A stretch of 63,712 nucleotides of DNA, filler included, from Reticulomyxa filosa (Eukaryota; Protista; Foraminifera): the NCBI GenBank assembly GCA_000512085.1. It is 21 parts of 21 records of this genome, joined end to end, with 100 filler letters (N's around TTAATTAATTAA, not from the genome) between each part and the next. Parts side by side here need not be neighbours in the genome. Positions count along the whole stretch, not along the records: positions 39,443 to 41,524 come from ASPP01004039.1; positions 41,625 to 50,990 come from ASPP01012831.1; positions 51,091 to 54,496 come from ASPP01008194.1; 18 more parts are not named here. One strand, given 5' to 3'. The position numbers were made by a program, and so were the translations under genes. The notes under the pieces were generated by a model. It did no database searches and was not told where the DNA came from. It was given only the letters and a program-made list of their open reading frames with translations. Within the stretch, counting starts at the first letter, position 1, and the number at the start of each line of letters is the position of its first letter. Positions 39,443-52,830 of the stretch are shown here, piece after piece.

Positions 39443-40382
39443 GCGATGAGATGACGGGAATAAGTCACTGTTATTCCATTCACTGTCATATCTCTTACTT
39501 ACACCATGCATTGCTGTAAGAGGTTTCCACATGTCTTCCAATGGAGTTGCCGTTTGATTTAAGCTGTTGGATTCAATCGTCGTATGATGAACAGGTGAAA
39601 CAGGTTTACGAAGGATATTCCAGCTCTGACAGATTGGGGGTCTGCGTTTTTCTTTCGTTTGTAACAGAGACAAAGAGAGATACACAATCAGAAACATTTA
39701 AACAAAAAAAAAAGAAACTGGGAGTGGACAAAGATAGTCTCTCGTCAGCAATGATTGCGATAATAAGAGAAGAAGAAGTGGTCAGTATTCTAATATTCGT
39801 ATTGATATCCAACTGCGAATATTGATTATGATTATCATACTGCTCTTCGTGTTTTTGGACGACCGTTCATGAGTTCATTGCTGCAACAAAGACTAACTGG
39901 GGATGTCTGGTCTTTGGCCGAGTTGGCTGCATTACTTGCTAGTTATCGACATATCATTGTCAATTATACCTTTTTTTTGTAAACATAAACAAACAAATAA
40001 GAAAGCGTAACAAAAATCGTGATCGAGCAGGATGAGCCATTCATCTGTTTGTGTTTGGATAAACAGTAGTGTTGTTATCTGCATTATAATACTCTTCACA
40101 TGGTTTGTCTCTTTCAATTGCATCATCCATAGACAACGACAGCGGCTCTTGAAACGGATTATTCTTTTGATTATCTGCAAATAAGTCCTCCCTTGTTTGT
40201 GAGCTCATATCGTTGTAATCGAACGAGGGAACAGTTGCATTTGCAATGTCTTTGACAAACAACTCCAGCTCCAGTGTTAGTAAAAGAAGAAGAAAAGAGG
40301 GAGGTACTTGGATCTTGGTTTCTTCCGCCTTGTGCATGGATAGTGGCAGAAGCAAGCAATCCATATCCTCATCCCCGCTCAT
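39443..40382 (-). CDS. Hypothetical multi-exon low-complexity protein (partial)
   Basis: ATG at 40382, with coding-like exons separated by A-rich GT-AG introns. Confidence 0.4.
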
Positions 40383-40799
40383 TATTGAATTATATATATA
40401 TATATAAATAATTGAATCGCTTTATCCCTTGAACATTGCATAATTTTAGACTTATCTGACAAAAATTGCAATCTTGTTGCATAATGTGAATGTATATAAG
40501 TATTTACATTCTATAATCGAATTTTGTAATCACTTTTTAAAAATATTTTTCTTGATTGTCGGATACTTCATTGAATCAATATTTCAAATGATAAATCTTG
40601 ACAATATTGTTCGATTTAGAAATAAAATTTTTACTTCATAACAGTCTAGTGTTTGTTATCACTTGTGTGAGCTTTGTAAGTTTAAATTAGAAAGGGAAGT
40701 TCAAAATTTTAGTTTAATTTTTTTTAATAAAAAGATTTCCCTTCCAATTTCTTAAACTCATGTAATGCTGGTGTCTTTGTTTTTTTTCAGTTTTATGAA

Positions 40800-41524
40800 T
40801 ATAGCAATGTAATATTAAACATAGGATCCAACACCAAACAAAACAAGATTTTGTCATTGAAGATTCAGAAGATGAAGTAGTGACAGAAAAAATGAAAAAG
40901 AACAACAAAGGTATGAACAAAAAGATATCTTACTATGTAGACTTAGACAATATAACAACCATTACACATACTATTAAAGATATTGACAAAAGTGATACTG
41001 ACACTTCAGCTGTTCATTTAGAACAAATCGATGATGATAATCAAAGTGAACCTGAAATGATTAATGATGAATTATTAAAGCAAAGGCAATATTGTTTACA
41101 TTATAGCCAACAATATGAAGATTGGACAGAAAAGTATCAAAGATATTTCCAACAAGAAAAAGACGAAAAAAAAATATACAAGGTTAATTCCATGGAAAAT
41201 AAAATGAATGCAAGTTGTAGTGGATTTTATTCAGAATTGTTGAAAAAAAGAAAGGGAACTGCCTTCAATGAATTTGTCAAAATGGCAAATTTACTACCTA
41301 GTGAAAATTTACGTGATATCGCTGCACAATGTAATCGTATGACTAAAATTGGTTATTTTGGCAAAAGTCAAAAGGAGAAGGAAAATGTGATATCATACAA
41401 TGGTGATCCACGTAATTTTTTTGCATCGTTGTCTAAATTACGTGGATCAACCGTATTTTATAACGAAAAAGGAAATTTATATTATACTTCTTTTCCATTT
41501 CCTTGTCGCAGATTGCAAAAAGCA
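40800..41524 (+). CDS. Hypothetical protein (partial)
   Basis: Open frame of more than 215 aa running into the linker. Confidence 0.5.
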
Positions 41525-41771
41525 NNNNNNNNNNNNNNNNNNNNNNNNNNNNNNNNNNNNNNNNNNNNTTAATTAATTAANNNNNNNNNNNNNNNNNNNN
41601 NNNNNNNNNNNNNNNNNNNNNNNNAAAAAAAAAAAAAAGATGAATTACAACTTTCCTTGCTTGCAACTGTTTTACAAATAAGTCAATTTGTAGCCCGAAG
41701 GATTAAAAAAAAACGATTAGTTTTTCCTGTTTTTTACTCTCCTTCTTCTCCCCCTTTACAAAGGCTGAATC

Positions 41772-44253
41772 ATGCCTATTGAACGTTTGTACGAGCATTT
41801 GTATAAATATAAACATTTGCGTAGCATTTTTTTTCCGTATCAGCAGTATAAGGATAAAAATGCTTACTTTGACTCGCAAATACAGTCAGTACATAGTGTA
41901 CTGTGTGAGTGTTACGCAGACTTGGAGATTCCTCAAGATATGGTGAAGTTGTTGATGAATTTTGTGGACACTCCAGAGGTACTGCATTTGCGATATTTGG
42001 AACGCAATACCCCGCACTACTTTTTGACATTTTACGGTCAGCCAATGTATTGGACCATGCGTCTGCTGAACAACACGAATTACATTTTGATGTTAGTGTC
42101 GACATATTTGTTTCTCGACACATGGTATCAGCACTACGCCACACTGCCAAAGGACCCAAACATTGCAAATAAGAGCAAATTACCACCCTTTTTGCAACTT
42201 CGATCAAAACTCGGTTTTGTGGCCAATGAAAAAGATTGGCGAGTTTGGTGTGTCTTTGTTTTCTGTATTGCAATTTCGTTGTATGTATATTCTTGTTATA
42301 ATGTCGAATGCAATCCATTTGATACATATACATATATGTTTATATATATGTACACATGTATATACATATGTGCATATATGTAATGTAACGTAATGTAGAT
42401 GCTGCCGGAAAATTGGACAAAGAGTTTAACAACGAAAGTATTGTTATTATGGACAGGCTTGGAATGGGTGGAGAATTTGCTGTCTTTGCACGTGAAACAT
42501 CGAGTGCAATATTATAATCAACGCCTTACATTTTTTGATACTTTTCCGATTAACAGCACAGTGGAAAGAAAAGAAGAAGAAAACGACGAACCAAAAGAAG
42601 CAAAAGAGGATGAAGAGGAAAAACTTTTGATGAAGAGAAATTTCCTTTCGCATTGGCATGAGCCTTATGAAGGAAAGTTGGAGAACTTGAAAATGCGCGT
42701 GAGTGATTCGGAGAAAAAAGCACTTTGCAAAAGTGAAGAAATGCTTCAGTCATGGCAATTGTGGTATTGTTGTCAAGACGATGCACGGCCTTATTATAGT
42801 TTTAAAGGTTGGTCAAATCAACTTCATCTTCGCTCTCGTCATCCTCGTCTTCAACCTCAACCTCAACCCCAACCTCAATCTCAATCGCAATCGCAATCGC
42901 AATCGCAATCGCAATCCAAATCCCAATCTCAATATCATTCCCAATCCTCAGTTCAATATCCCTATCCACACTCACATCTCACTCCGCCAACGAAAGTGAA
43001 AGACTATATCCGTTGGACTTGGAAGGATGTCTTTTGGGCCCACATGAGAAGACTGCCTATTGCTATCTTATGTGGTTGAATTTCGTTGCGCCTTTTTCTC
43101 GATTTTGGTTGCAACATTGGTCGCATGGATCAAATGCCTCCATGTTTTTTTAAACACTGCACAAAATAAATAAATATTATTAAAAATTTGTCTTTTAATC
43201 CTTCTTTTTTTGCGAATGACAATTGGACAAATGAACAAAAAAAATAAACAAATAAATAAGATATTCGAGTGGCGATTCTTGGAAGGCTGTGGGATTTACT
43301 CATGGCATAGCATTGCTCCATAGCATGATCCATTGTGTTGCCCCAATACTATTGATTCGTTACTATTATTACAACGGCTTTCGCCAATCGTTTTGGACCA
43401 ATCCATATGCCAAAATTGCAAATAATTTGGCTTCCTTGCATTGTGTATTGTCCACTGCTCCTTACACTAGCAATTTTTATTCCGTTATTCCTGTTTGTCT
43501 TTTTGGTTCGTTTTTTTGTTTTATTTTGTCCGATTTGTTCAATGTGTTTAATTAAAAAAAAAAAAAAATGGACGTTTGTTTTGATGGAAATCAATCAGGT
43601 ATGCATATCGGCGAATGTGAAGATATTATCAAAGTGCAAACTCTCACTTTTCGAAATTACTATCCCCGACTACACACTCCAGAAATGAGAATGTGCTTTG
43701 GTATGCATAAATTTTTTGTATTTCTTTCCTTCTTCACACAGCATTGGACACTAATAACACACCAACAGGAACTAGAATATCGCCATTTCTATTTGGCATG
43801 GTCACTCTCGTCTGCTCTTTTCCACTTAGCATTTGGTCTCGAACAGGTCCGCTTTGTCTTTTTTTCCTGGTTTTTTGATTGTTAAACATCATCTTTATTC
43901 ATTGTGTGACACTTTTGTGCTCATATATTTTATTAGAAGAGGCTCCTCAAAGTACTGCCAAAAATGTAAGAAAAGTTTGTTTACTCGCCGCATTAACAAT
44001 GCTTGCATTGATGTTCGGCAATCGAAGCTACCTTGACAGCAATTATTTCCTCATTGGCGTCGATCCTATTCTCTACAGCAACCAAAAATCAAATCAACAA
44101 GTTGATGAGTTGGCTCCACCTAGGAATATCCTAGAATATGCCACTCAAATCACTTGGAAAATAGAGAGATGGTCTCGTCGCAGCTTATCGGCTTTGAAAC
44201 GCACTTTCACTGATTGGTACAATCATGAGAATAAACCTGCTGTGCGCTTCTAA
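41772..44253 (+). CDS. Multi-exon hypothetical membrane protein with QP/QS repeat
   Basis: Consecutive plus-strand ORFs 41772, 42399, 43289, 43568 and 43879 are separated by intron-like AT tracts and contain hydrophobic segments. Confidence 0.65.
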
Positions 44254-45176
44254 TAAACTTATCTATGCTATTTTCATTGCATCATCTTTTCACTTACGTG
44301 TTATCTTCAGATCTTTACTTCGATTTCAATTTTATTTTTTTTATTTCATAAATAGAAAATTTTCGAAAATTTATTGTCAATTGTTATGTTTCTTCCACAA
44401 TAAGGACAGTCTGGCCATTTTTTGATATTCTGTTCCTGCAGGACTTAATATGACTATTGTTTTAAAACTGAATTGCACTGTGATAAAAGTTGCACATCAA
44501 TAAAAATATATCATTTGTGTTATAGATGAACAAATTTAAGAAAATGAAAAAACGACAACTAACAAACACTTTAAAATGAGATTAAAAAAAGATTTTATAA
44601 TTGTATGCACGCATACAAGCACATATTGTCGACTATCAGTCTCCGCTTTATCAGGACTAACCAGGACTTGAATAGAAAGAAGCAGTTATGCAAGCAACAT
44701 TATAGTTACTTACAAGCTAACATATTTGTGATAGAGTTAAAAATAACATCAGTTCTTGATATATGTATGCAGGTGTAATTTATTTAGCACGCCTGCTTCA
44801 GGATCACAAACAAGAGAGAAAATTTTTGCTGTGGAAAAAAATGTAAAGAAAACGATCAAAAAATATAACACGACAGTCCAACTTGTGATAGTTACAACAA
44901 AAAAGGAGTTTTTCATTAAAAACAATTTCTACTCTTCAATTACAGAATATGACTACGACAACAAAAGCAAAAAAACCCAATGCGGAACTTGCTATGAGTG
45001 TGTTTTCTTTTAATCGTTTTCATATAAGAGAGCATGGGTAGAAGAGAACAACAAACACAAAAGGATAAATTAGGATCATAAAAAAAAATGGGATAGCTAG
45101 CACAAGTGACGCCCAATCCCCGTCTCTCAGTAGAAGCGATTCACAACGCTCATCAACCGAAGAGAACTGGTTGGAC

Positions 45177-47016
45177 ATGGACGCCATAAAAAAAGATGCA
45201 GACTATAAGCCAACGGAAGGGGGACATATCAGTTTCGACGCATCCCTCTTTTTTTTTTTTTTTTTAATAATTAAAAAACCAAACAAACAAAACAACAAAA
45301 TGAAAAAGACCACGACGACCCATTGCTATCAGTCACAATTGATCGATATGGATTTCCAATTGAAAACGTCTCACAAATAAACGAAGAAGAGCACCGATCC
45401 AAAATTAGAAAAGAAAACGCACGTTTAACGAAATGGCAAAAGTTTTGAAATTTCCAAATTAATTTTTTGTACAAGTATATTTGTCCATGGTGTTGTACAT
45501 TACGTGTTATCAACATGATTGATCGGAGGGGGGGGAAAAAAAAAAAGGATGCTCTATTCGAACAAACAAGGAAAGATGTTCACGTTGTCATCAACGGACA
45601 CATTGCAAGCGCAAATAAAGCAATGGAATTTGGTGAAAGCACATCGTAAAGTGAAGAAGCGCATACGCAAAGGCATCCCACAGGCGTTGCGCGGAACAGT
45701 ATGGCCGAATCTGTGCGGCGCAAGAGAGCGTCAGTATAAGGCGTACCAAGAACAAGGCTCGACGCGTATCTATCAGGATCTGGTAGAACGTGAGGAATCG
45801 CCTTATCATGATCAAATTTGGAAAGATATCAATCGCACGTATCGAAAGCAGGCGCGGTTTGGAATGATTGGACTGGCCAAGTCAAAGACGCAATCGCGAC
45901 TACAGACGCCATCGAGGGCAAAAGTCAATGAAAATAGTCAAATGAATATCTCTGCTATCGCGCCCCCACAAAACACCGAGCATAACAAATCTCTTCCCAC
46001 CGTCGATGATGAGCCCCTTTCTCTCTCGCCCTCGGTTACCAGTCCGACCGGACTTCAATCCAATGTTGCTCAATTGACGCTTCAATCTACTCTTGAAAGC
46101 AGTCATTTACCTAATTTGGATTCTATTCGACAAGACGAACAAGAGCAAGTACAAGCACATAAATACGAACACGAACGAGAAGAAAAAAAAAGTCGTAAGA
46201 ATCATGCGGAGGACGATGATGACGAGCAAAAGAAAGTGGATGATTTTGCTTATTTGCATCGAGATATGATTCAAGACACTGAAAAAATTATCACTCCGAG
46301 CGATTTGGAAAAAAAATTCGACAGACGCTCAGAAGCAATTGTATAATGTTTTGAAAGTTTAGATTTTTTTTTTTTTTGAATAAGGGCTCAAATAAAATGG
46401 AGTGAACAAATGATAGGCGTTCAGTCTGTATCGCCAAGACATTGGGTATTGTCAGGGAATGCAATCTATAACAGCACTAATGCTCATGTATTTAACGGAA
46501 GAAGAGTCATTTTGGGTGTTGGCTTCATTGGCGGACGATCCAAAGTATTCCATGGATATCTTGTGGAAACCTTTGATGCCTGGAATCGATTTGCGATTTT
46601 ATCAAATGGAACGATTGTTACGATTGAAAATGTCGAAATTAGGGAGACACATGGAAAAACAAGGTGCATACAATCCCGCCACGTATCAGGCGACACAATG
46701 GTTTGTCACTGGATTTTTAGCTACTTCGATGCGATTCGAATGTTTGATGAGGGTTTGGGATATATATTTCAGTGAGGGTCTAAAAAGTATTTTTCGATTT
46801 GGATTGGGATTGCTCAAATATCATGAAAAAGAGCTGCTTAAATCCGAGTTTGAAGAAATGACTGAAATTTTTAGAAAGACTCCTGCGACTGTCGATATTG
46901 AAAAATACATCGATTTATCTTTGAACAAAATCAAAGTCTCTCACTCTGAATTAAGCACCTTAGAAAGGCAGTATATTCGCAACAAAAAAAGATCTGAACA
47001 AAATTCCAAAACATGA
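45177..47016 (+). CDS. TBC-domain Rab GTPase-activating protein
   Basis: IDRYGF, RIRKGIPQALRGTVW, IWKDINRT (R-finger), IGYCQGM (Q-finger), EEESFW, WFVTGF and RVWDIYFSEG. Homopolymer frameshift near 46310. Confidence 0.92.
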
Positions 47017-47596
47017 AGCACTTTTTTTGTCATTTGAAACTGCATAAGTAACATGTTTGGTTCCTTTTGTTTGGCTTTGTTTTTTTGTCTCTCACAAAAA
47101 TTAAAAAACGTGTCGCGTTGTGTATAAACATAGTGTTCATTTTCACCTTATTTTTTTTGTTTGTTTTTTAAGAATCCTGTGCTCAGTTTTCTCTCTGTCA
47201 AGCCAACTTTGTGATGTAGGTAGACACTGATGTTTTTGCAAGTAAAGGAGAAAGCGTTTTCAAGTCGTTTGGACTTTTTTTTGTGAAGTTTTGCAAAAGT
47301 AGTAGTTTTTTTTGTTAATGCGTTGCACTTTGAATTACCCCAAGCTTTTTGAGAGACGAGTTTGTGTCTTGTAATCAGATCTAAAAAAAAGTGCGCAGTA
47401 GGCAATCACAAAAATATCAACAAAAATATGAATTTTTTTCCCGACCCGCCTCTTGTCATGAGAACAAAAAGGGAAAGACAACGCCCATCAATTGTGATAT
47501 TAAAAATTAACATTTTCAAGTGCCTTTCTCACACAATTGAAAATATTCTCCGATAACCCACCGAAAGCCTAAAAAAAGTTTGTATTTACAGCAGTT

Positions 47597-50500
47597 TTAA
47601 GGATTAACCCGGACAGTGACAATAACGACTTTTCGTTGGGGCGTTTTTATAATCTTTTTCAACTGTTTAAAGACTTTTTTGCCCTTGCCAGACACGATAA
47701 TAGAGCCATTTGATGTCAATGCCCAATCCAATTTGTTACCATCAGCTGTTTTTGCCTCAATATTTAACAATTCAACTGGTAGTTTGTATTTTGCCTTCTC
47801 CGTGTTTTCAAATGCCTCTTTCACACCTTTGGCAAACGAGCTTGCTTTTTCATCATTTCGAAGGAATGCCATTGCAACAATTTCAATCTGTTTAGACTTG
47901 ATCTGTTTCAATTCAATAGTGCGACTCAAATCACGAAAAGTCAAACAACAATACACTTTGTCTGGGACTTGTTTGCTCAGTTTTAGTCTCTTTGTTATCA
48001 TTGATCGCATGCAATCTTCCACATTCGACACATTGTCTGACCTTTTTTTTTATGAAGACAAAAATTTAATAGGAGAATTGTTCAAAATAACAAACTTAAA
48101 AAAAAAAAAAAAGTAACCATAAAAAGTGTTGTTGTTGTCGCTTCATATGGATAATAAACATTGGCAAAATACGTCTGGCATCTTTGACGACATATTGATC
48201 AACGAGCATGCTATGTGCGTCCACTTCGTCAGTGTCAGCGCTTGCACCAACGCTGAGACTAACTTTGGCAATAGAGCCAAAAGTGTCGGAGCCCCATTTT
48301 CCGTCGATATTTTCGACACAAAAGCAATCAGTCTTTCTTGGAATGGCCTCCCCTCGAGCGGCTTTCTCTAGCACTTGGACAGTGCCAACATTGACAGCAC
48401 AGACACAGGCGACATATCTTCGCTGCCAAGACTCTTTTTCTTCCTCCGTATTCGCATCCGTCCATCTCTCCGTGCCAATCATTTCATTCATGACATACTC
48501 GCAATTGGTGCTCAAATAATGTCCTTGTCCGTACTCGCCTCCGCTGGAGTAGGTGCCAAACTCTCGATTTCGATTTGTGTAGCAGTTGTAAGCAATGGAG
48601 CTGACATCTCTAGGGAAGGGGTAGTCGAACATGATTTTGGTGTTTTCGGTAAAGTTGTCCAAGCGTGCAAAGGGTTTCATCACGCGATCGTTGTAGCAAT
48701 AGGTGATACAATCAATCTCAAAGTCAAAAGGGACGTACTGCATGCATTTGTAAAAGTAGTCACGAACGGCAGTTACCTTCAAGTCAATGTCCGAAGGGGC
48801 TGACGTGTACTGTAGATATGCATGGATATATGTGATCGGGAACATTTGCAACAGCTTTTTAACGGTATAGCTCTGTTTCCAAACCAAGAACTCGCGCGGA
48901 GAAATTTGTCCGTCGCCGTTGTCGTCCAAATCGTTGAATAAACGTCTGTACACACAATCGAGCAGAGGTTCGACGCATCCCTCGGCGATATAGTTTTTGA
49001 ACTCCTCAAAATCAATGCGATGGTTGTTGTCTGCGTCCAGCTTTTGAAAATCCAAGTCTCGCAATGTCTTGACTAGCCACACTTCATCCTTGAAGGTCCT
49101 CCTCCATGAAGCCAGCTTTTCGCTGACCCACGACTGTATCTTGGTGCACACCGTGATCTCTTCTTGTTCGTTTTGCGGACGACGGCCCTCGAAAGTCCAT
49201 TCCGACGCCGTTCTGCAGAGGATAAAGTGGATGGTGCAGAAGCCCTCCATCGTTTCGTGCTTGTCAGAAGCGAGCAAAATGACGTCGTTGGGATCTACCT
49301 CCAACAGCTGTTGGAAGTTGCTCATGTATTCTTTTTTTTTCTCATCAAACACACTCACAGGAATTTCCATGTCGAGTGAAATGACAGGATATTTACTCAC
49401 CGGGATCATTGTGTACCCACTCGTTTTGTCAAAGAACCCATATTTCAGCAGATACGATTCGGTATCGAGGAGCATGCGTTGGGGTACTCGTACCCTTCCC
49501 AACAATGCGTCTTCCAACTCTCGACTGTGCATGTCGTGCACCTCCGGACTGTGATCGCGCACTTCCACCACCGTACATTTGTTTGCAAACAACGAATTCC
49601 CCACAGGAATGCGGTCCTTCCGACGTGATATTTGCACTTTGCGCTTCTCCAATTCCTGTAATGTCATTTCCTTGTTCTCCTGTTCCTCCTCCATTGCCTT
49701 TTCCTCCGCTATTTTCTCGTCCTCATTCAGGCCTACCGCGTTGCCTGTCACGCTCGATCTTTGCTCTTCTTTTCTTAGCTCTGCCAACTCACTCGGCATG
49801 CGAGTGCGAGTTTGAATTACTGACAAACGAACTGTTTGTCCTTGTGGTTTTTCTTGCTTTTCTCCCCCGTTTGTCCCATTCCATTCCATTCCATTCCCCA
49901 ATCACCCACACAGAGTTTTGTCTTAATTAGATTATGTACACATAATAAACAATTACGCATATACAATATGCATAAACTACATTTTGCTCCGTCATCATAT
50001 CCTCCATTTTTCGAAGTGTCATTTTATTTTGCCAGTGATGGAATTCCAAGGGAGTGATGGTACCATCTCGATTGACATCGATGGTTTGAAAGACCGTATC
50101 TAACACTTGTTCAGGAACCTCCTCTGCAAATTTCCCTCGAAACTCGTCCACTGATATTTGTTGATCGTCATTTTGATCCATTTCGTTGATTTTTAATGCT
50201 TTCAAACGGTGGTACAAGTATTCATGTCCTCCCTTTTATATTTGGTGACGTTGTGATGGTTCAGAACTACATGTGGACACAACTCAACAAGAGAGAAGAA
50301 ACAAAGAGAGTAACACGCACTTGAAGCATTTTTTCTTGTCGGATTCCCTTATCGTTGTTGTGTTCAGATATCATAGTGCACACACACACACACACAAAAC
50401 AACGGGTACATCAATCAATGGTTCATTTTGTCATTTGCAAAATGTATATTTATATATTTGTATTTACATTTATATTTGTATTCATCACATTTATGTGTTC

Positions 50501-50900
50501 ATATTATTTGTTTATTTGTATTAAGAACTGTGACACGTTTGGTGACTTCTTCCATTTTTTCCAAAGTAATGGCATCTTTCCATTTGCTGAAATCCAAAGG
50601 CTTGACAGTGTCACCACTGAATTCATCCAACAATACATCCAATACATCTTCTTGAAACAGGTCGGCATTTTGTTCACGAAAGTGATTACGAAATGCTTGT
50701 TTGTCCACTGCCAATTGATTCATATCCGTTTTTTTCACGTCTCCCAAATTCATTGCCACCACAAATTGTATATTTGGATATGAACCTATCCATTTTTATT
50801 ATTTCTTATTTTTATTTTTTATTTGTTATTTGTTTGTACCTTCCTTTTCTTTCTCTCTTTCATTTAATTAACTGGCAGTTCTTCTGGTTGCGGCACTGTT
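47597..50900 (-). CDS. Multi-EF-hand protein with degenerate PARP-catalytic-like domain, multi-exon, 5' partial
   Basis: EF-hands DQNDDQQISVDEF, DVNRDGTITPLEF, DADNNHRIDFEEF and DDNGDGQISPREF. PARP-like MFDYP...GEYGQGHYLS...VCAVNVG...DQYVVKDARRILPMFII. In-frame intron 48042-48117 joins the last exon 47597-48041. Confidence 0.75.
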
Positions 50901-50952
50901 TTTTTCTTTTTGTGTTTTTGTTTTTGATTTATGTTATGTTATGTGTTTTATT

Positions 50953-50990
<38 letters not shown>

Positions 50991-51125
50991 NNNNNNNNNN
51001 NNNNNNNNNNNNNNNNNNNNNNNNNNNNNNNNNNTTAATTAATTAANNNNNNNNNNNNNNNNNNNNNNNNNNNNNNNNNNNNNNNNNNNNAATAATAATA
51101 ATAATAAAGAAAAAGTAAATGATAG

Positions 51126-51868
51126 AAAACGGCCAAAAATAAGACGTCAATTGACATCGGACATTTCAAAGAGTTCAAGCGCTCGCAAACATCAATCAAC
51201 GAAGAACACAGGAGTAATTGATGGGGTGGGTGTGCTGAACTCTCAATGGATATTGGAACAAATGATAACCCCATTGGCAAGTGAGTATGGGACAATGGAG
51301 CCCATTCACATTCCAAGTATTGATTGCCATGACATGAAGTTTCTCCTGTCCAATCCACACACTTTGCAAGATTGTGGCAAACTAATTTTTGCATTGGCCA
51401 AAGCTCAACTCTCCATAAATGAAAAGACTTCAGTTCCAATGCTTTTCTTTTTCTTCTCCTCTCTAAAAGAAAGAAAAAAAATATTGCTTTTTTTTTTTTT
51501 TTTTTTTTTGTTGGTGAACAATTCAAATAGTTTGTAAAATTGTGGAGTCAGTTGTGTGATCACATGTTTGGAGTCCAAGTGTGTAACCAGTTGAAAGCAA
51601 CATTGCTGTCTGGCCCCGGTTCGTTTCAAGACTACGACAAAAAAAGCAATCTGAAAGTAAGAACTGTGGTGTTGGTGCTGGTGATGTTGATTTGGATAAG
51701 CTCATTCCGTTGTTGGATGTGAATCAACTTTCTCAGTTGGAAGACCAATGTTAGAAGTCCGCATCCATAAACATTATACATTTATATATGTATACACATT
51801 TTATTTTGTTTGCTTGTGTGTTTCAAAGAGAGCAGTGGCAATAAGAGAAAAAATTTCTTTTTTGACTC

Positions 51869-51902
<34 letters not shown>

Positions 51903-52830
51903 AAAATGACGCTTTTCAGACTGGAGAAACAAGAACTCCAGGATGTGATGCCTGAGCAAGAGATTGCAACAGATCCCAATCTGTCTTGTCAAGTTCTTTT
52001 TTTCGGAAATGAACATTATTATTTGTTGTACCGTTATCTGCAAAAAATTTATGCCAAACTAGAGCATGCGAAACATTGCTGTGCTTTAGACTACACGTTG
52101 AAGCACAGTCTTACTGAACAAGAAAAGTCGCGCAAGTATCTGCAACTCATGGAAACTACCATGGCACAAATTTCAAAAGAAAAGCAAGAAGATTTGTTCC
52201 AAGATACTGTGCGCCAATTGTTGGGATTACAAGGATATCACTTTTTTAGTGTTCCCAAAATTGTTCAATTGCTCGTTCATAATGTTGGTTTTTTTCTTCT
52301 CCTTTTTTTTTTTTTCCCCTCCCTCCTCTCCCCTTCTTGCTCTTTTCACATTGAAATTTTTCTTAAAAAACTAAAACATGATGCGACGAAATATCCTAAC
52401 GTGTAGACCCGCGAAATTTGGAATAATGCAGACAAGTCTCATGAATACTTGGCATTGTTTTTATTCATGTCACAAAAATTCAATTCGATTAAAACTCTGC
52501 AAGAGTTAAGAATCTATTTAAACACAAAAACAATGTGGTCTCCAATAATTTTGCTTTTTTTGTCGTGTTGTTTGAATGAATCAAAATTGCAATTGTTTCT
52601 ATTGAAATTAGATATCGTTTGTTATGCAAAGTATATCAAAGCATGGCTACAAAGATTGATGACCGCGATCTGTACTGCTTCCAATTTGTAAGTAACTGTG
52701 TATACATTTGTCTCGTATATTGTTCGTTTCTTGCATTATTTGTTTGAAAAAAAACAGTTTCCTCGCAATTACATATTTGGAGTATCATTGATAAATCGAG
52801 AGGACTATCTTGTTGAGCAAAGAGACGAGT
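51126..52830 (+). CDS. Sin3 co-repressor C-terminal region (Sin3a_C), multi-exon, partial
   Basis: VLFFGNEHYYLLYRYLQKIYAKL and FQDTVRQLLGLQGYHFFSVPKIVQLL match the Sin3 HCR consensus. The 3' end is approximate. Confidence 0.7.
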
